A stretch of 63,685 nt of DNA, counting the filler, from Actinomycetota bacterium (GTDB lineage Bacteria > Actinomycetota > Actinomycetes > JAKEEW01): the NCBI GenBank assembly GCA_046725875.1. It is 6 parts of 6 records of this genome, joined end to end, with 100 filler letters (N's around TTAATTAATTAA, not from the genome) between each part and the next. Parts side by side here need not be neighbours in the genome. Positions count along the whole stretch, not along the records: positions 60,058 to 63,685 come from JBKOZJ010000142.1; 5 more parts are not named here. One strand, given 5' to 3'. Numbering within the stretch: the first letter of the stretch is position 1; every line of letters starts with the position of its first letter. Both the position numbers and the translations under genes were made by a program. Below the pieces are notes generated by a model, which did not search any database, had not been told where the DNA came from, and saw nothing but the letters and a program-made list of their open reading frames with translations. Below, piece after piece: positions 61,260-63,685 of this stretch.

Positions 61260-62300
61260 TTATCTGACGCGGGCAGGCAGCCGGCGCGTGCCGAATGTTC
61301 GACGGTAATCGCGGGGCGACACGCCGCGGCGGCGGACGAACTGCTCGCGCAAGGCGGCGGCCGAACCGAAGCCGACCATCCGGGCAATCTCCTCGACGGA
61401 GACGTCGGAGGTTTCGAGCAGCTCCTCTGCGCGCTGGAGACGCTGAGCCAGCAGCCAAGCGTGCGGTGTCGTGCCGGTCGCGGCCTTGAAGTGGCGGGCG
61501 AACGACCGGGGGCTCGTCAGTGCGTGCGCGGCCAGGCTGTCCACGGTCAGCGGCTGCTCGAGATGGGCCAGCGCCCAGTTGAATACGTCCGCCAGCTGCT
61601 CGTCCGCCGAGTCGGGCGGCACGGGCATGGCGACAAACTGCGCCTGACCCCCGTCCCGGTGCGGCGGGACGACCATGTCCCTGGCGATGGCGGCGGCCAC
61701 CGCCGCTCCGTGTTCCCGGCGCAGCAGGTAGAGGCATAGGTCGACGCCCGCGGCCGTCCCCGCACCGGTCACGATCTGGCCCTCGTCCACATAGAGGACA
61801 TCAGGGTCGAATTTCACCGCTGGGAACCGTCGGGCGAGCTCCGCGGCCCACCGCCAGTGCGTGGTTGCCCGCTTGCCGTCGAGCAGCCCGGCCGAGGCGA
61901 GGACGAAGGCGCCGGTGCAGTGGCTCGCCACCGTTGCGCCTCGGTCGTACGCGGCCCGAACGGCGTCGAGCAGCTCCGGCGGCACAGGCCGGTCGAAATC
62001 TTCCCAGGAGAGGACGTGTACGACATCCGCGCTCACAACGCGGTCGAGCCCGTGCTCGATGACCACGGTCACACCGGTGTCCAGCCGAACCATACCTGGA
62101 TGCGGACTGCAGATGGTGTAGTCGAAGCCCGGCATCCCTCGCGGACGCCGGTCGAATCCGAAGATCTCCGACACGACGCCGAGCCCGAAGGCGCCACCGC
62201 CCTCCGGGATCACGACGGCAACGCTTTGGAAGGGCCGGCGTACCGTCGTCGCTGTCGCGGACCCGGCAACCACCTCCGCTGCAACGAGGTCGGCAGTCAT
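61260..62300 (-). CDS. GlxA-family AraC regulator (DJ-1/PfpI + HTH)
   Basis: SHCTGAFVLA.AGLLDG..ATTHW, LYVD, PPHRDGGQAQF, C-terminal AraC HTH. Confidence 0.95.
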   Translation of the reverse strand: MTADLVAAEVVAGSATATTVRRPFQSVAVVIPEGGGAFGLGVVSEIFGFDRRPRGMPGFDYTICSPHPGMVRLDTGVTVVIEHGLDRVVSADVVHVLSWEDFDRPVPPELLDAVRAAYDRGATVASHCTGAFVLASAGLLDGKRATTHWRWAAELARRFPAVKFDPDVLYVDEGQIVTGAGTAAGVDLCLYLLRREHGAAVAAAIARDMVVPPHRDGGQAQFVAMPVPPDSADEQLADVFNWALAHLEQPLTVDSLAAHALTSPRSFARHFKAATGTTPHAWLLAQRLQRAEELLETSDVSVEEIARMVGFGSAAALREQFVRRRGVSPRDYRRTFGTRRLPARVR

Positions 62301-62390
62301 TCGGCTAGTTTCTCATACCTGGCAGGAACTATGCGAACACCGGCACGCCTGCCACTGGTAATGAGCAAAGGGCCGAACGATACTGTTCAC

Positions 62391-62576
62391 ATGTTCGCTA
62401 TCGACTGCCCGCGGCACGGCACCCGAGTTCTGGTCGGCCCGGCGCGCATTCGTTCGTTCCACAACACGGCGACCGGCATCTACCTCTCCGTCGATTGCTA
62501 CTGCGGTCAGCGAGTAGCGATCGCAACCGGCCGCAACCGCCCAACTTCGCGCCCAGCCGTCGTCGCTGCGGCTTGA
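62391..62576 (+). CDS. small putative metal-binding protein (CxxH...CxCG)
   Basis: MFAIDCPRHGTRVLVG..RIRS..NT..GI...VDCYCG; divergent from the AraC gene. Confidence 0.6.
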   Translation: MFAIDCPRHGTRVLVGPARIRSFHNTATGIYLSVDCYCGQRVAIATGRNRPTSRPAVVAAA

Positions 62577-62669
62577 CCGGGCTCGACTGGAGTCCACTAA
62601 GCGAACGGCTTCAGCCACGATGGCGGGGTCCCCGCGAAATGTTGGAGCGAGGCGAGCAAACTTCGTGGG

Positions 62670-63685
62670 GTGCCTAAGGACTCCCTGAGCCTGAACGATG
62701 CGCAGCAGCGTGCCGTCGCCGAGCTGCTGCGCATCGTTCCGGTGGCTGGTGAGCTTGGCGAGCGGTTTCGAAGCGCCGGTCACCGGCTGGCGCTGATCGG
62801 CGGATCAGTCCGGGACGCCCTGCTCGGCCGACTCGGCAACGATCTGGACTTCACGACGGACGCCCGCCCCCGGCAGGTCATGGACGTGGTCAGGCCGTGG
62901 GCGGACGCGGTCTGGGACGTCGGCATAGCGTTTGGCACGGTTGGCGCGCGCAAGGACGGCTACCAGCTGGAGATCACGACCTACCGGTCGGAGGCCTACG
63001 ACCGGACTTCGCGCAAGCCTGTCGTGGTCTACGGTGACTCCCTCCGCGTCGACCTGCAGCGGCGTGACTTCACAATCAATGCGATGGCTATCGAGCTGCC
63101 TCAGATCCGCTTCGTCGACCCGTACGACGGCCTGCGCGACCTCGCGGACAAAATCCTGCGCACGCCGGCCACACCGCAGGAGTCCTTCTCCGATGATCCG
63201 CTGCGGATGATGCGCGCCGCGCGGTTCGCCTCAGAGCTGCGCTTCACCGTTGCGCCCGAGGTCACGGGCGCCATCACCGAGATGGCGAGCAGGATCGAGA
63301 TCGTCTCCGCCGAGCGGATCAGGGACGAGCTGGTGAAGCTCGTCGACGGCGCGGATCCACGTGCTGGACTGACCCTGCTAGTCGACACCGGGCTCGCCGA
63401 TCTCGTGCTGCCCGAGCTTCCCCGGCTGCGGCTGGAAATCGACGAGCATCACCGGCACAAGGATGTTTACGAGCACACTCTCACGGTGCTCGAGCAGGCG
63501 ATTGCACTCGAGGACGACGACGCCGACTTCGTGCTGCGCTTTGCCGCGGTCATGCACGACGTCGGCAAGCCGAAGACCCGGCGGTTCGAGCCGGACGGCG
63601 GTGTCTCGTTCCACCACCATGAAGTGGTCGGCGCCAAGCTCACTCGGGCGCGGATGCGCACGCTCAAGTTCGACCGGCAGACCAC
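62670..63685 (+). CDS. cca: CCA tRNA nucleotidyltransferase, 3' end outside window (absent from ORF track)
   Basis: Manual translation: LIGGSVRDALLGRLGNDLDFTTDA, EITTYR, DLQRRDFTINAMA, FSDDPLRMMRAARF, VSAERI, HRHKDVYEH, HDVGKP. Confidence 0.95.
   Translation, partial: MPKDSLSLNDAQQRAVAELLRIVPVAGELGERFRSAGHRLALIGGSVRDALLGRLGNDLDFTTDARPRQVMDVVRPWADAVWDVGIAFGTVGARKDGYQLEITTYRSEAYDRTSRKPVVVYGDSLRVDLQRRDFTINAMAIELPQIRFVDPYDGLRDLADKILRTPATPQESFSDDPLRMMRAARFASELRFTVAPEVTGAITEMASRIEIVSAERIRDELVKLVDGADPRAGLTLLVDTGLADLVLPELPRLRLEIDEHHRHKDVYEHTLTVLEQAIALEDDDADFVLRFAAVMHDVGKPKTRRFEPDGGVSFHHHEVVGAKLTRARMRTLKFDRQT

Noticed and set aside
1..63685. CRISPR array
   Set aside because: No run of equal-length repeats with unique spacers was seen. 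The recurring GGTCTGTTGCATT motif is an IS terminus at irregular spacing, and no cas genes are present.
1..63685. Hundreds of long overlapping or antisense ORFs, e.g. 4491..5771, 12669..13733, 26640..27779, 31113..32234, 53870..55066
   Set aside because: Arg/Pro/Gly-rich shadow frames expected in ~70% GC DNA, overlapping well-supported genes.

Overview
High-GC actinobacterial draft or metagenome-assembled DNA. The window is not one locus: it is six contig pieces joined by artificial 100-bp N/TTAATTAATTAA/N linkers (14605-14704, 26307-26406, 35720-35819, 47852-47951, 59958-60057), so adjacency across linkers means nothing. Contig 1 has a purine catabolism operon (uraD, uraH, uricase, xanthine-dehydrogenase-type FAD and FeS subunits, 8-oxoguanine deaminase), pheS-pheT, an AlkD-like gene, an arginine operon collapsed to ARG boxes plus argC/argD/argF stubs and intact argR, TauE, MPG, tyrS and the start of a 16S rRNA gene. 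Contig 2 is IS-littered accessory DNA: a class III cyclase-ATPase-TPR protein, an Lnu/ANT(2'')-like nucleotidyltransferase, a stand-alone LeuA allosteric domain, an MFS transporter and serine recombinase remnants. Contig 3 has galK-galT, icmA, a CnoX/YbbN-type thioredoxin, a DUF6230-DUF6114 cluster and glgB. Contig 4 is an IS-rich accessory island and the best candidate for an undescribed system. It carries a membrane-anchored TIR protein with a 7-repeat extracellular domain next to a DUF4231/SLATT 2-TM protein, a divergent chagasin-like inhibitor/papain-like protease pair, and an S41 peptidase-UDG-superfamily pair. Contig 5 runs moaC-moeA-galU through fmdB (with a CIRCE), MTAP, SAF, CBS and tRNA-Arg(CCT) with an abutting IS481. 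Contig 6 has DUF6049, NUDIX, a GlxA-type regulator and the CCA-adding enzyme. All family calls come from motif recognition by eye; no database search was run.
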